Source of the DNA: an uncultured Planctomycetales bacterium
Lineage (GTDB): Bacteria; Planctomycetota; Phycisphaerae; UBA1845; CAIVHJ01
Direction of reading: 5' to 3'
NCBI GenBank assembly: GCA_964619935.1
Contig: CAZUGO010000030.1
Span: forward strand, 80,990-144,989
DNA: 64,000 bases
A program made the translations under genes and the position numbers. This document shows, piece after piece, positions 11,024 to 18,617 of this stretch (positions are counted from its first letter, which is position 1; every line of letters starts with the position of its first letter). Below the pieces are notes generated by a model. It made no database searches. It was not told the origin of the DNA and saw only the letters and a program-made list of their open reading frames with translations.

Positions 11024-11986
11024 CTAGGGGTTCGTGCCGGCCGGGGCGCGCTTGGCGCGGATCCGATCACGGGCAGGCACGCGAACCCGGCGGGCCAGGC
11101 CCAGCGACTCCAGGACCCGGATCGCCAGATAGCTGACGTCCAGCTCCCACCAGCGCAACCCGTGTCTGGCTGAAGACGGGAATGCATGGTGGTTGTTGTG
11201 CCAGCCCTCGCCCAGGCCCAGAACGCCGAAGACGAAATTGTTACGGCTGTGATCGCTGCCGTCAAACGGGCGGGTGCCCCACAAATGACACACCGAGTTG
11301 ATGCTCCAGGTGACGTGATGGCACAGAAACACGCGCACCAGACCGCCCCACAGCAGACCCAGCAGGGCCCCGGTCCAGGTGCCGGTGAGCAGCCCGCCCA
11401 GGACCATGGGAATGAGCAATCCGATGAATACCCAGACTCCGAACAAGCGGCTGGTCAGCCGCAGCAGGCGGTCGGCGTGCAGGTCTCTGACGTAGCGGCC
11501 GTGGTCGGGGCAGTGGGCCTTGAAAATCCAGCCCAGGTGGGCATGCCCGAATCCCGCCAGGACGCCGCGCAGGCCCCCGCCATGGTGATGGGGCGAATGC
11601 GGGTCGTCAACCTGATCGCTGTGCTGATGGTGGCGGCGATGAATCGCGGTCCATTTGAGCACCGGGCCCTGGACGGCCATCGAGCCGAGAATCGCCAGCA
11701 CGATCTTCAGCGGACGCACCGCCTCGAAGGAGCGATGCGCGAACAGCCGGTGATAGCCGATGGTCACCCCCAGGCCGGTGACCGCATACATCACCATCAA
11801 CAGCATGACGTCCACCCAGGTGACACCCCACCCCCAGAAGCCGTAGAGGGCCACCACCAGCCCCAGAAAGGGCACGATGACGCCAACCGCCGCGGCGAAA
11901 CGCTGTGCTGCCGACAACGGGACCGGGGGCGATCCGCCGGCCGGCAAGGGCGAACCCCGCCTGGAGCAAACCGAAGCGTCGGTCAT
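11024..11986 (-). CDS. Membrane acyl-CoA/acyl-lipid delta-9 fatty acid desaturase (di-iron, three His boxes)
   Basis: His boxes HRLFAHRSF, HRRHHQHSD and HNNHHAFP. Hydrophobic N-terminal segments. ATG 11986 overlaps the upstream stop in an ATGA junction. Confidence 0.9.
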   Translation of the reverse strand: MTDASVCSRRGSPLPAGGSPPVPLSAAQRFAAAVGVIVPFLGLVVALYGFWGWGVTWVDVMLLMVMYAVTGLGVTIGYHRLFAHRSFEAVRPLKIVLAILGSMAVQGPVLKWTAIHRRHHQHSDQVDDPHSPHHHGGGLRGVLAGFGHAHLGWIFKAHCPDHGRYVRDLHADRLLRLTSRLFGVWVFIGLLIPMVLGGLLTGTWTGALLGLLWGGLVRVFLCHHVTWSINSVCHLWGTRPFDGSDHSRNNFVFGVLGLGEGWHNNHHAFPSSARHGLRWWELDVSYLAIRVLESLGLARRVRVPARDRIRAKRAPAGTNP

Positions 11987-12273
11987 GTCTCGTCATGATC
12001 TCCCGGGCGTTTCCGCAACCGCAGCCGCGGGCCCGACTCGGTGCTTCTGACATCGAGCATCTTGTTGGTCATGGCTTGCGAGGCGGCCGCATCCAGCAGC
12101 AACACGCGTCGACCATCATTCGTAAACTCCATGTCCTCGGAGCGTGGGCGGTCCAGGCGCAGCCTCCACCCACCCGACCGGCGCGTAAACCTGAAGGCCT
12201 CATCAAGACTCGCTTTTTTCCCGGCCAGCTTACTCGACAGGCGATTCAGAGCAGCCGTTGTTACCCTAAACAT
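11983..12273 (-). CDS. Small hypothetical protein with an IscA/HesB-like sequence pattern but no Cys ligands
   Basis: 96-aa ORF with an ATG start and GC-rich third codon positions. Pattern RVTTAALNRL...GGWRLRLD...DMEFTNDGRRVLLLD...MLDV...GPRLRL resembles IscA/HesB topology but contains no cysteine. Translationally coupled (ATGA) to the desaturase gene. Confidence 0.5.
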   Translation of the reverse strand: MFRVTTAALNRLSSKLAGKKASLDEAFRFTRRSGGWRLRLDRPRSEDMEFTNDGRRVLLLDAAASQAMTNKMLDVRSTESGPRLRLRKRPGDHDET

Positions 12274-12800
12274 GGTTCACCATCCGTTCGTCCAATGCCG
12301 GATCGGTCCGGCGGGTTCGCGCGCCCCCGCCCGTTGCGGGCAATCCTGTGTCCCTGACCTGCTGCACAGCAAGGGTCATCCCAGCCCAACGATCCCGGTC
12401 GCGCGCCCCTCCAATGACAAAAGCCGGCGGGAACGAACACCCGAAGGCGTCCAACCCCGTCGGCTCACGCTTTGAAGCACCGCCCGGGGCCTGCCCCATC
12501 GGCGCTCCGCTAGCCATCCGAAGCACTTGATCGGATTCGCTGCAAGGGATAACAGGCTCTGTACTCAATCCTGGTATTATACTCGATTGGCCGCCTGATC
12601 GTTGCCGATTTCCTGGAAGAATCTGGGCGCGAAGGTTGACTGTCGCCAGTTTTCGCGGCCAATTCGGCATTTTCGGCGATCTTGCGGCGGCCCCATCCGT
12701 CGCCGTTGATCGCACTGCTGATCGGCCATCCGGATTCTGCTATGATGCCCCGGCGAGCGGTGATTCGTCTGCCGCGGGCAGTGCATCCACGGAGCGGTTC

Positions 12801-13631
12801 ATGAAATTCACGAAAATGCACGGTGCCGGCAACGACTATGTGTACGTCAATTGCTTCGACCAGCGCATTGCCGACGCCCCCGCCCTGGCCCGGGTGGTCA
12901 GTGATCGTCATCGCGGAATTGGCAGCGACGGACTGATCTTGATCTGCCCTTCGCAGCGGGCAGCCGTGCGCATGGAGATGTACAACGCCGACGGCTCACG
13001 GTCCCAGATGTGCGGCAACGGCATCCGTTGCGTGGCGAAGTATGCCTTCGAGCACGGACTGAGCACCGCCAACCCGATGCCGGTGGAGACCGATTCGGGC
13101 GTGCTGAGCCTGGAGCTGTCCATTGAAGCCGGCCGGGTATGTGCCGTGCGGGTGAACATGGGACGTCCCCGGCTGGCACCGGCCGACCTGCCGGCCGATT
13201 TGCCCGGCGATCGCTTCATCGAGCAGCCGCTCATGGTCAGCGGACGCAAGCAGATCATCACCTGTGTGTCCATGGGCAATCCCCACGTGGTCGTGTTCGT
13301 CGACGATCTCCAAGCCGTGGACCTGCCCGGCACCGGCGCAGCCATCGAGACTCATCCGGCGTTTCCCGAGCGCACCAATGTGCACTTTGTGCGGGTGCTC
13401 GCCCCGGGGGAGGCGCGGATGATCACCTGGGAGCGCGGTAGTGGCGCTACCCAGGCCTGTGGCACCGGAGCCTGCGCGGTCGGGGTGGCCGGCGTACTGA
13501 CCCACCGACTCGGGCCGCGCAGCACAATCCATGTGCCCGGCGGAACGTTGATCATCGAGTACACGCCCGACACACCGGTGTTCATGACCGGTCCGGCCGA
13601 GGAAGCCTTCTCCGGCGACTGGCCTGACTGA
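12801..13631 (+). CDS. dapF: Diaminopimelate epimerase
   Basis: ORF 12636..13631 trimmed to ATG 12801 (MKFTKMHGAGNDY). Catalytic Cys motifs SQMCGNGIRC and ACGTGACA. Length of 276 aa is typical. Confidence 0.9.
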   Translation: MKFTKMHGAGNDYVYVNCFDQRIADAPALARVVSDRHRGIGSDGLILICPSQRAAVRMEMYNADGSRSQMCGNGIRCVAKYAFEHGLSTANPMPVETDSGVLSLELSIEAGRVCAVRVNMGRPRLAPADLPADLPGDRFIEQPLMVSGRKQIITCVSMGNPHVVVFVDDLQAVDLPGTGAAIETHPAFPERTNVHFVRVLAPGEARMITWERGSGATQACGTGACAVGVAGVLTHRLGPRSTIHVPGGTLIIEYTPDTPVFMTGPAEEAFSGDWPD

Positions 13632-13721
13632 CCGTTTGCGCCGATGCGCAGCACGAAGGTTGAGTCCCCGCCCGGATCGCACGCAGCCAGGTGGCGCCAA
13701 GGCACCCAGCCCATCCGCAAA

Positions 13722-14045
13722 CTACGCTTCCACGTCAAGATGCAGGTGACCGTCGGCGTCCTGCTGGATGCCAGCCTCGGGGCTCGGCGGGTCGTGCGTG
13801 TGATGTTCGGGGTGCTCGTCGGCGTGATGGCGACCCTGGCCACCAAGGCCCTCGGCGTCGGTGTGGACCTGAGTATCGTTGTCGGCCTCGTCGATGGCTT
13901 CGGCCGAGCGCTGACTACTGCGGTTGCCGACCTCGGCGGCATTGGCCTGTTGGTCGCGTTCGGCCTCCAGCGCCCGAGCTGTGCTGCGTTGCTGCTGCAC
14001 CGACTGGGCTATGGGTCCGACAATATTGGGAGGAATCGTGGACAT
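13722..14045 (-). CDS. Small acidic, His-rich hypothetical protein
   Basis: ORF 13722..14120 (GTG) trimmed to ATG 14045 (MSTIPPNIVG), which has AAGGGA 10 nt upstream. Third codon positions are mostly G/C. Hydrophilic composition with HHADEHPEHHTHD...HLHLD at the C-terminus. The overlapping plus-strand ORF 13644..14474 has the Arg/Gly/Val-rich look of an antisense translation. Confidence 0.4.
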   Translation of the reverse strand: MSTIPPNIVGPIAQSVQQQRSTARALEAERDQQANAAEVGNRSSQRSAEAIDEADNDTQVHTDAEGLGGQGRHHADEHPEHHTHDPPSPEAGIQQDADGHLHLDVEA

Positions 14046-14603
14046 CGCAAGACCGTCCCTTTGGGTCGCCATCCACCAAACCGGCCCGGTTGGCCGGTCG
14101 TGGGCTTTGGTGGCCGGCACAACCGGCTGGGCTGCTCAAGGCCGTTTCACCGGCCCACCCGATCCCGACGGGCCGGAAAACAGGACTTTCCGTTCCTGTA
14201 TTATCGACCGCCCGGGCATCCCGCATCCAGCCAAACCGCTGTTCCATGGGCGCCATCATGTTCGCGAGGCCGGCGCCTTGAATGGCACTGCAGCCAGGGA
14301 TACCCGACCGGCACCTCCGAGAGCTCCGAGATCAGCGCTCACTTGAATCCGTGGTATCGGCAAGTGGGCATTCTCATCTCGTGGTCTCGCCCTGGTGATC
14401 GGCTCGTGGGGTCCGTGCTGACGGATGATCTGACCCGCAGTCCTGATGCTGCTTCGATTGCTTTTCTCAGTTGAAGGCGGGATCACCCAATCGACCTCGA
14501 CGATCGCCGACCCTACCGCGCAGCGTGATGCGGCCCCCCGCCGGCCCGGGGTCCCGGTCGCACGGTGTGCAGACCAAACACGCCGGGTGTTGTCCTCCGG
14601 CGC

Positions 14604-14737
14604 GTACGGCGCCAGCGGCCGTTGCGTACCGCGCCTGGTGCCGGCGCTTACCGCGCCGGCGTCCAGCCCTTACCGCGCCAGCTCCCAACGCTTGCAGGGC
14701 CGACCCCCCGCCTCCGTACCGCATGGCCGCCTCCAAG
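14604..14737. repeat. Phase-locked 22-bp array with a conserved core GC(G/T)TACCGCGCC and unrelated spacers
   Basis: Cores start at 14604 (GTACGGCGCC), 14626 (GTACCGCGCC), 14648 (TTACCGCGCC) and 14670 (TTACCGCGCC), exactly 22 bp apart. Degenerate units follow at 14692 and 14716. An isolated TACCGCGC occurs at 14514. Confidence 0.8.
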
Positions 14738-14895
14738 GAGCCACACGGAACCGAGCCCATTTCCCGCCAGGGCCACATGGGTCATTCCCCATTGGCATCC
14801 AGATGGTCAATCGCTCGGATTGCGGCGGCCGGCCGGTTAAGATGGCTGATTGTTGGGGGTAGGTAGGGCTGCCCAGGAGGATCGCGCACTGTCGG

Positions 14896-16302
14896 ATGAG
14901 CCTGATCTTGTCAACAATCTGCGGGCTGGTCCTTGTGGTCGTCGGCCTGGTCGGCCGCCGTGAAGGGGCCGACCCGCATTGCCGGCTTTGCCGTTACAAC
15001 CTCAGCGGGGCGCCATCGAGCGCTTGTCCGGAGTGCGGAGCATTCCTGGGTCCGTCCAGTGTGGTTCGCGGCCGGCACCGACCGCACACTGGATTCATCG
15101 TCGGTGGCACGGCGGTGCTGCTCGCAACGGCGGCAGGCAGTGTGGCCGGCATGGCCGGTCACCTCGGATTGATCAACTGGTACGCCCACCAGCCGTGTGC
15201 CTGGGTAGTGGACTCGGCCGCCGCCGGCCATCCCAAAGCCCTCGCCGAACTGCGGCGGCGGGTGCAGGATCAGTTGCTCAGCGTTGCCGACACCCGCCGC
15301 CTGACCGGCCGGGCCCTGGATATCCAGCAACAGCGCTCGCCAGAGCGACCGCAGGCTTGGATCGACCTGCTCGACGACCTGGCCATTCGCGGCCAGCTCG
15401 ACGATTCGGAACTGCAACGCTTCTACGATCAAATGCTGGCGATCACGCTGGAGGCGCCGCCGTACGTCTATGGTGATGATGAGGTCCCGATCCGCTTCCG
15501 CGTGACCGTGCAGTCCCCCACCAACAGCGGGCACCGCTTTCAGGCCACGGTGGCGAGCCAACCGACCCTCAACGGGCAAGCGCTGACCCCGGCCACGGTG
15601 GCTGTGGGGTGGGGTACCCAGAAGCTTGAGCGCTCGGCGCTTGCCGGAACGACGGTGTATGCCAGCGATCCGGGCGGGGTTGACCGGTCATCGACAAGCG
15701 GATTCGGGTTGGCTGGTGCCGACCTGCCCTTGGGCCGACATCTCATCGGCCTGAGGATCGTCAAGACCATTGCACACTCGGCATCGCAGCAGGACTGGGA
15801 ACAGGCCGTCGATCTGGAGGTCGCGATCGAGAAGCTGCCACCAGACCCCCACCAGCAGGCGCTGACCGCCACGCTGCAACGCATCGTGCACATCGATCAC
15901 ATCTACGTCAAACGCATCAATCCGCGCAGCGGACAACTGGTGATCGGCCTGCGACTGGACAGCCCCTTGCCGTGTGGGGTGCAGGCCCGCGTGGTGCCGG
16001 TGGTGAACGGCGTGGAGTATGGTGCCAGCCCGACGGGGGGTCACGCCCCGGTCAGTTCGTCCGGCAGTTGGGTGTCGGCCTCCAAGGGCAGCCTGACGTT
16101 GCCGGAAGTCACCGTCGAGGCCATGGTCGGGAGCGAAGTGCAATCGGTCTACGTCATGCTGCGCTCGACCGCCACCGTGGATCACGGCCAGCCACTCCCG
16201 GATCGCTGGTACGGCACCGTGATGCTCGGCCCGGCGACGGTATCCAGCGATGTCTTCTGGCGGCCGCAAAAGGTCCACGGGGCCATGGAGGGCGGGAATT
16301 GA
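14896..16302 (+). CDS. Hypothetical membrane protein with a zinc-ribbon loop between two TM helices
   Basis: ATG at 14896. N-terminal TM LILSTICGLVLVVVGLV, then CRLCRYNLSG...CPECG, then a second TM GFIVGGTAVLLATAAG. A C-terminal region of about 380 aa has no motif I recognise. Confidence 0.7.
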   Translation: MSLILSTICGLVLVVVGLVGRREGADPHCRLCRYNLSGAPSSACPECGAFLGPSSVVRGRHRPHTGFIVGGTAVLLATAAGSVAGMAGHLGLINWYAHQPCAWVVDSAAAGHPKALAELRRRVQDQLLSVADTRRLTGRALDIQQQRSPERPQAWIDLLDDLAIRGQLDDSELQRFYDQMLAITLEAPPYVYGDDEVPIRFRVTVQSPTNSGHRFQATVASQPTLNGQALTPATVAVGWGTQKLERSALAGTTVYASDPGGVDRSSTSGFGLAGADLPLGRHLIGLRIVKTIAHSASQQDWEQAVDLEVAIEKLPPDPHQQALTATLQRIVHIDHIYVKRINPRSGQLVIGLRLDSPLPCGVQARVVPVVNGVEYGASPTGGHAPVSSSGSWVSASKGSLTLPEVTVEAMVGSEVQSVYVMLRSTATVDHGQPLPDRWYGTVMLGPATVSSDVFWRPQKVHGAMEGGN

Positions 16303-16440
16303 TCCGTCGGCAGTCGGCATCCCAGTTCAGCCAGGGCAGGGGTGGTCGCACTCCGGACCCCATGAGTCAGCAAGGCGTCCGCCGGCCCGGCCGTCACACG
16401 AGGGGTCGTCGGGCCGCAGGCTGGGGACCGGGGCGGGACA

Positions 16441-17247
16441 TCAACAGTAGGCGCGCTGGGCGTGCTCCGGTTGTGGCGGCAGGGGTCGGGCGGCTTTCTC
16501 ACCCATCAGTCCGCGCAACTGCCGAATGATCGACGAGTGCATCTGGCTGACCCGGCTCTCGGAGAGATCCAGGGAGTGGCCGATTTCCTTCATGGTCATT
16601 TCTTCAAAGTAGTATAACACCACGATGAGTTGTTCGATGCGCGACAGATGGTGGATGACCTCACGCAGATCGCGCTTGATCTGCTCCTCTTCGGGGTCGA
16701 TGCCTTCGCGGTCGTGGAGCACATCGATTTCGCGGACGTCGCGATTGGAATCGGTCTCATAGTATTTTCGCGACAGGCTGACCACGCTGACCGCACTGGC
16801 ATCGCGAACCAGCTTCTCGTAGTCCGGCGTGCTCAAGCCCATCCGCCGGGCCAGTTCGTTGTCGGTCGGGGCGCGGCCCAATTCAGCCTCGAGCGATCGG
16901 GTGGCGGCCTCCAGCCGGCTGGCTCGATTGCGGACCAGCCGCGGGACCCAATCCAGGCTGCGCAGTTCGTCGAGGATGGCCCCGCGGACCCGTGGGGCGC
17001 AATAGGTCTCGAACTTGACGCCGCGCTGCGGATCGAACGAATTGATGGCGTCCATCAGACCGAAGATGCCGGATGACATCAGATCGGCGGCGTCGACTTC
17101 GTCGGGTAACTTGGCGCTGATGCGGTCGGCATTGAACTTGACGATGGGCAGGTACATGACCATGAGCTTGTTTCGCAGCTCAAGGGTCGGTGTGCGGACA
17201 TAGGTCTTCCAGAGCTTGTCAACGTCTTCGGTGAAGACCAGCGCCAT
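16441..17247 (-). CDS. fliA: Flagellar RNA polymerase sigma-28 factor
   Basis: Sigma-70 family regions: LMVMYLPIVKFNA, YCAPRVRGAILDELRSLDWVPR and HTH MKEIGHSLDLSESRVSQMHS. Last gene of the flagellar cluster. Confidence 0.9.
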   Translation of the reverse strand: MALVFTEDVDKLWKTYVRTPTLELRNKLMVMYLPIVKFNADRISAKLPDEVDAADLMSSGIFGLMDAINSFDPQRGVKFETYCAPRVRGAILDELRSLDWVPRLVRNRASRLEAATRSLEAELGRAPTDNELARRMGLSTPDYEKLVRDASAVSVVSLSRKYYETDSNRDVREIDVLHDREGIDPEEEQIKRDLREVIHHLSRIEQLIVVLYYFEEMTMKEIGHSLDLSESRVSQMHSSIIRQLRGLMGEKAARPLPPQPEHAQRAYC

Positions 17248-17409
17248 GCGATCGCTCCTCCCTGAGGCTCACGTTTCCCGGCTCGTCCGCCGCGGCGTCC
17301 GAACACATCCGGTGAGATCAGCAGCGGCCGTAGCGGCCGCCCGTGTGAAAGTTATGCACGACCGTCATGGTCGCCGGCGAGGGCGAAGGGCGCTGTGCGA
17401 GGCCCGGGG

Positions 17410-17703
17410 TCAGTTCTGTATCGGTCGGGGTTTTGGCGATGTGGAGTTATTTTCAGCATCGGAATCGGCGGGCGCGTCGGCGTCTTCCAGAGGTCCGAGA
17501 ATCTCCCGGTACTGGGTGGCTTGGTGCTCGTGGACCACATAATGGGCAGCCCAACCCACGCCGAGGCCCATCCCGCTGAACAGCACCATGGCCCACAGCG
17601 CGCGCGAGAGAATGAAGTCGAAGCTGTTCTCGTTCAGCAGGCCGCCGACAATGGTGACCACAAAAGCGAGCAGTCCCATAATGGCCATGGTCCGCGCTAT
17701 CAT
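17410..17703 (-). CDS. Small two-TM hypothetical protein with an acidic tail
   Basis: ATG at 17703, 10 nt after the flhG stop. Two hydrophobic helices (MAIMGLLAFVVTIVGGLL and ALWAMVLFSGMGLGVGWAAHYV), then an acidic tail DADAPADSDAENN. Confidence 0.5.
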   Translation of the reverse strand: MIARTMAIMGLLAFVVTIVGGLLNENSFDFILSRALWAMVLFSGMGLGVGWAAHYVVHEHQATQYREILGPLEDADAPADSDAENNSTSPKPRPIQN

Positions 17704-17712
17704 GGATGGACC

Positions 17713-18597
17713 TCACCCACCTGGCACCTGTTGGAACAGGTGGGCAACGCGGGCGAAAAACCCGCGGGGGGTTTCTGTAACGGTTTTGCCGCGGGCATAG
17801 CGCTCGGCCAATGCCTGAATGCCGGCGCTGGCGTTGCTCCGCGGCGATTGGAGGACGAACGGCCGGCGGGCACGGACTGCCGCGGGCACGGCCGGGTCCT
17901 CGAGCACGTAACCGGCCGATAACACCGCCAGCCCCAGGAACCGGCCGGCCACCGACGCCAGACGCTCGTAGGTCAGGCGGGCCTCGCGGGCGCTGTCCGC
18001 CTGATTGACCAGGACTTCAATCTCGGTGGCCTGGTGCTGGCGATAGAGCATCTTGACGGCGGCATAGGCATCGGTCAGTGCGGTCGGCTCGGGGGTGGTC
18101 ACTACCAGCACGATGTCGGCCGCGGCGGCAAAGGCCAGCACATTGCTGCCCACGCCCGCGCCCAGGTCCATGATCAAGAACCGCGACCGCCGCTCCAAGG
18201 CCTGGAACTGGCGCAACAATGATTCCCGTTCGGCCGGTTGCAGGTTGGCCAGCCGCTCCAGACCGGAGGCCCCCGGCACCAGCTGCATGCCGCAGGGTCC
18301 TGCCACCAGGATCTCCGCCAGGTCGTGGGTTCCGCTCAGCAGATGCGACAGGTTGCGCCGCGGTTGCACATTGAGCATCAGGTCGGCGTTGGCCAGCCCC
18401 AGATCGAGATCCAGCAGGGTGACCCCCAGTCCGCGGGCCGCCAAGGCCACCGCCAGATTGACCGCCACGCTGGTCTTGCCCACACCGCCCTTGCCGCTGG
18501 TCACGGCAATGGCGGTCGCCGAATGGTGGCGCCCCGCGGCCAGTTGCCTCAAGGCATCGGCCTGGTCCTGACCCGACGGCTGCTGTTCTGCGATCAT
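17713..18597 (-). CDS. flhG: MinD/ParA-type flagellar number/placement ATPase
   Basis: Deviant Walker A VTSGKGGVGKTSVAVNLA. Positioned directly after flhF. Confidence 0.85.
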   Translation of the reverse strand: MIAEQQPSGQDQADALRQLAAGRHHSATAIAVTSGKGGVGKTSVAVNLAVALAARGLGVTLLDLDLGLANADLMLNVQPRRNLSHLLSGTHDLAEILVAGPCGMQLVPGASGLERLANLQPAERESLLRQFQALERRSRFLIMDLGAGVGSNVLAFAAAADIVLVVTTPEPTALTDAYAAVKMLYRQHQATEIEVLVNQADSAREARLTYERLASVAGRFLGLAVLSAGYVLEDPAVPAAVRARRPFVLQSPRSNASAGIQALAERYARGKTVTETPRGFFARVAHLFQQVPGG

Positions 18598-18617
18598 GCG
18601 CTGCTCCGCCGGCAGGG

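Noticed and set aside
12317-12409. The 11-mer TCGCGCGCCCC repeated at 12317 and 12399.
   Set aside because: There are only two copies, of low-complexity GC-rich sequence, with no phasing or palindromic structure. Chance is a sufficient explanation.
14183-14191. GGAAAGTCC on the minus strand, resembling the RNase P RNA P4 region.
   Set aside because: It is not followed by GGGC, and none of the other conserved RNase P blocks are visible nearby.
13644-14474. A 276-aa plus-strand ORF covering the dapF-downstream region.
   Set aside because: It has the composition of an antisense translation (R/G/V/L-rich) and no motifs. The minus-strand ORF 13722-14045 has better codon third-position bias and a plausible SD. 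The remainder lies in the non-coding gap.
14604-14737. The 22-bp array as a miniature CRISPR array.
   Set aside because: The conserved unit is only 10-12 nt with spacers of about 10 nt, far below CRISPR dimensions. The repeat is not palindromic, and there are no cas genes in the window.
14782-14800. A sigma-54-like TGGCAT-N5-TGGT upstream of the zinc-ribbon gene.
   Set aside because: The invariant GC of the -12 element is replaced by GT. Only the -24 half matches.
17903-17910. GCCGATAA, the sigma-28 -10 consensus, on the plus strand.
   Set aside because: It lies inside flhG on the antisense strand, and there is no TAAA -35 element 15 nt upstream. This is probably a chance match.
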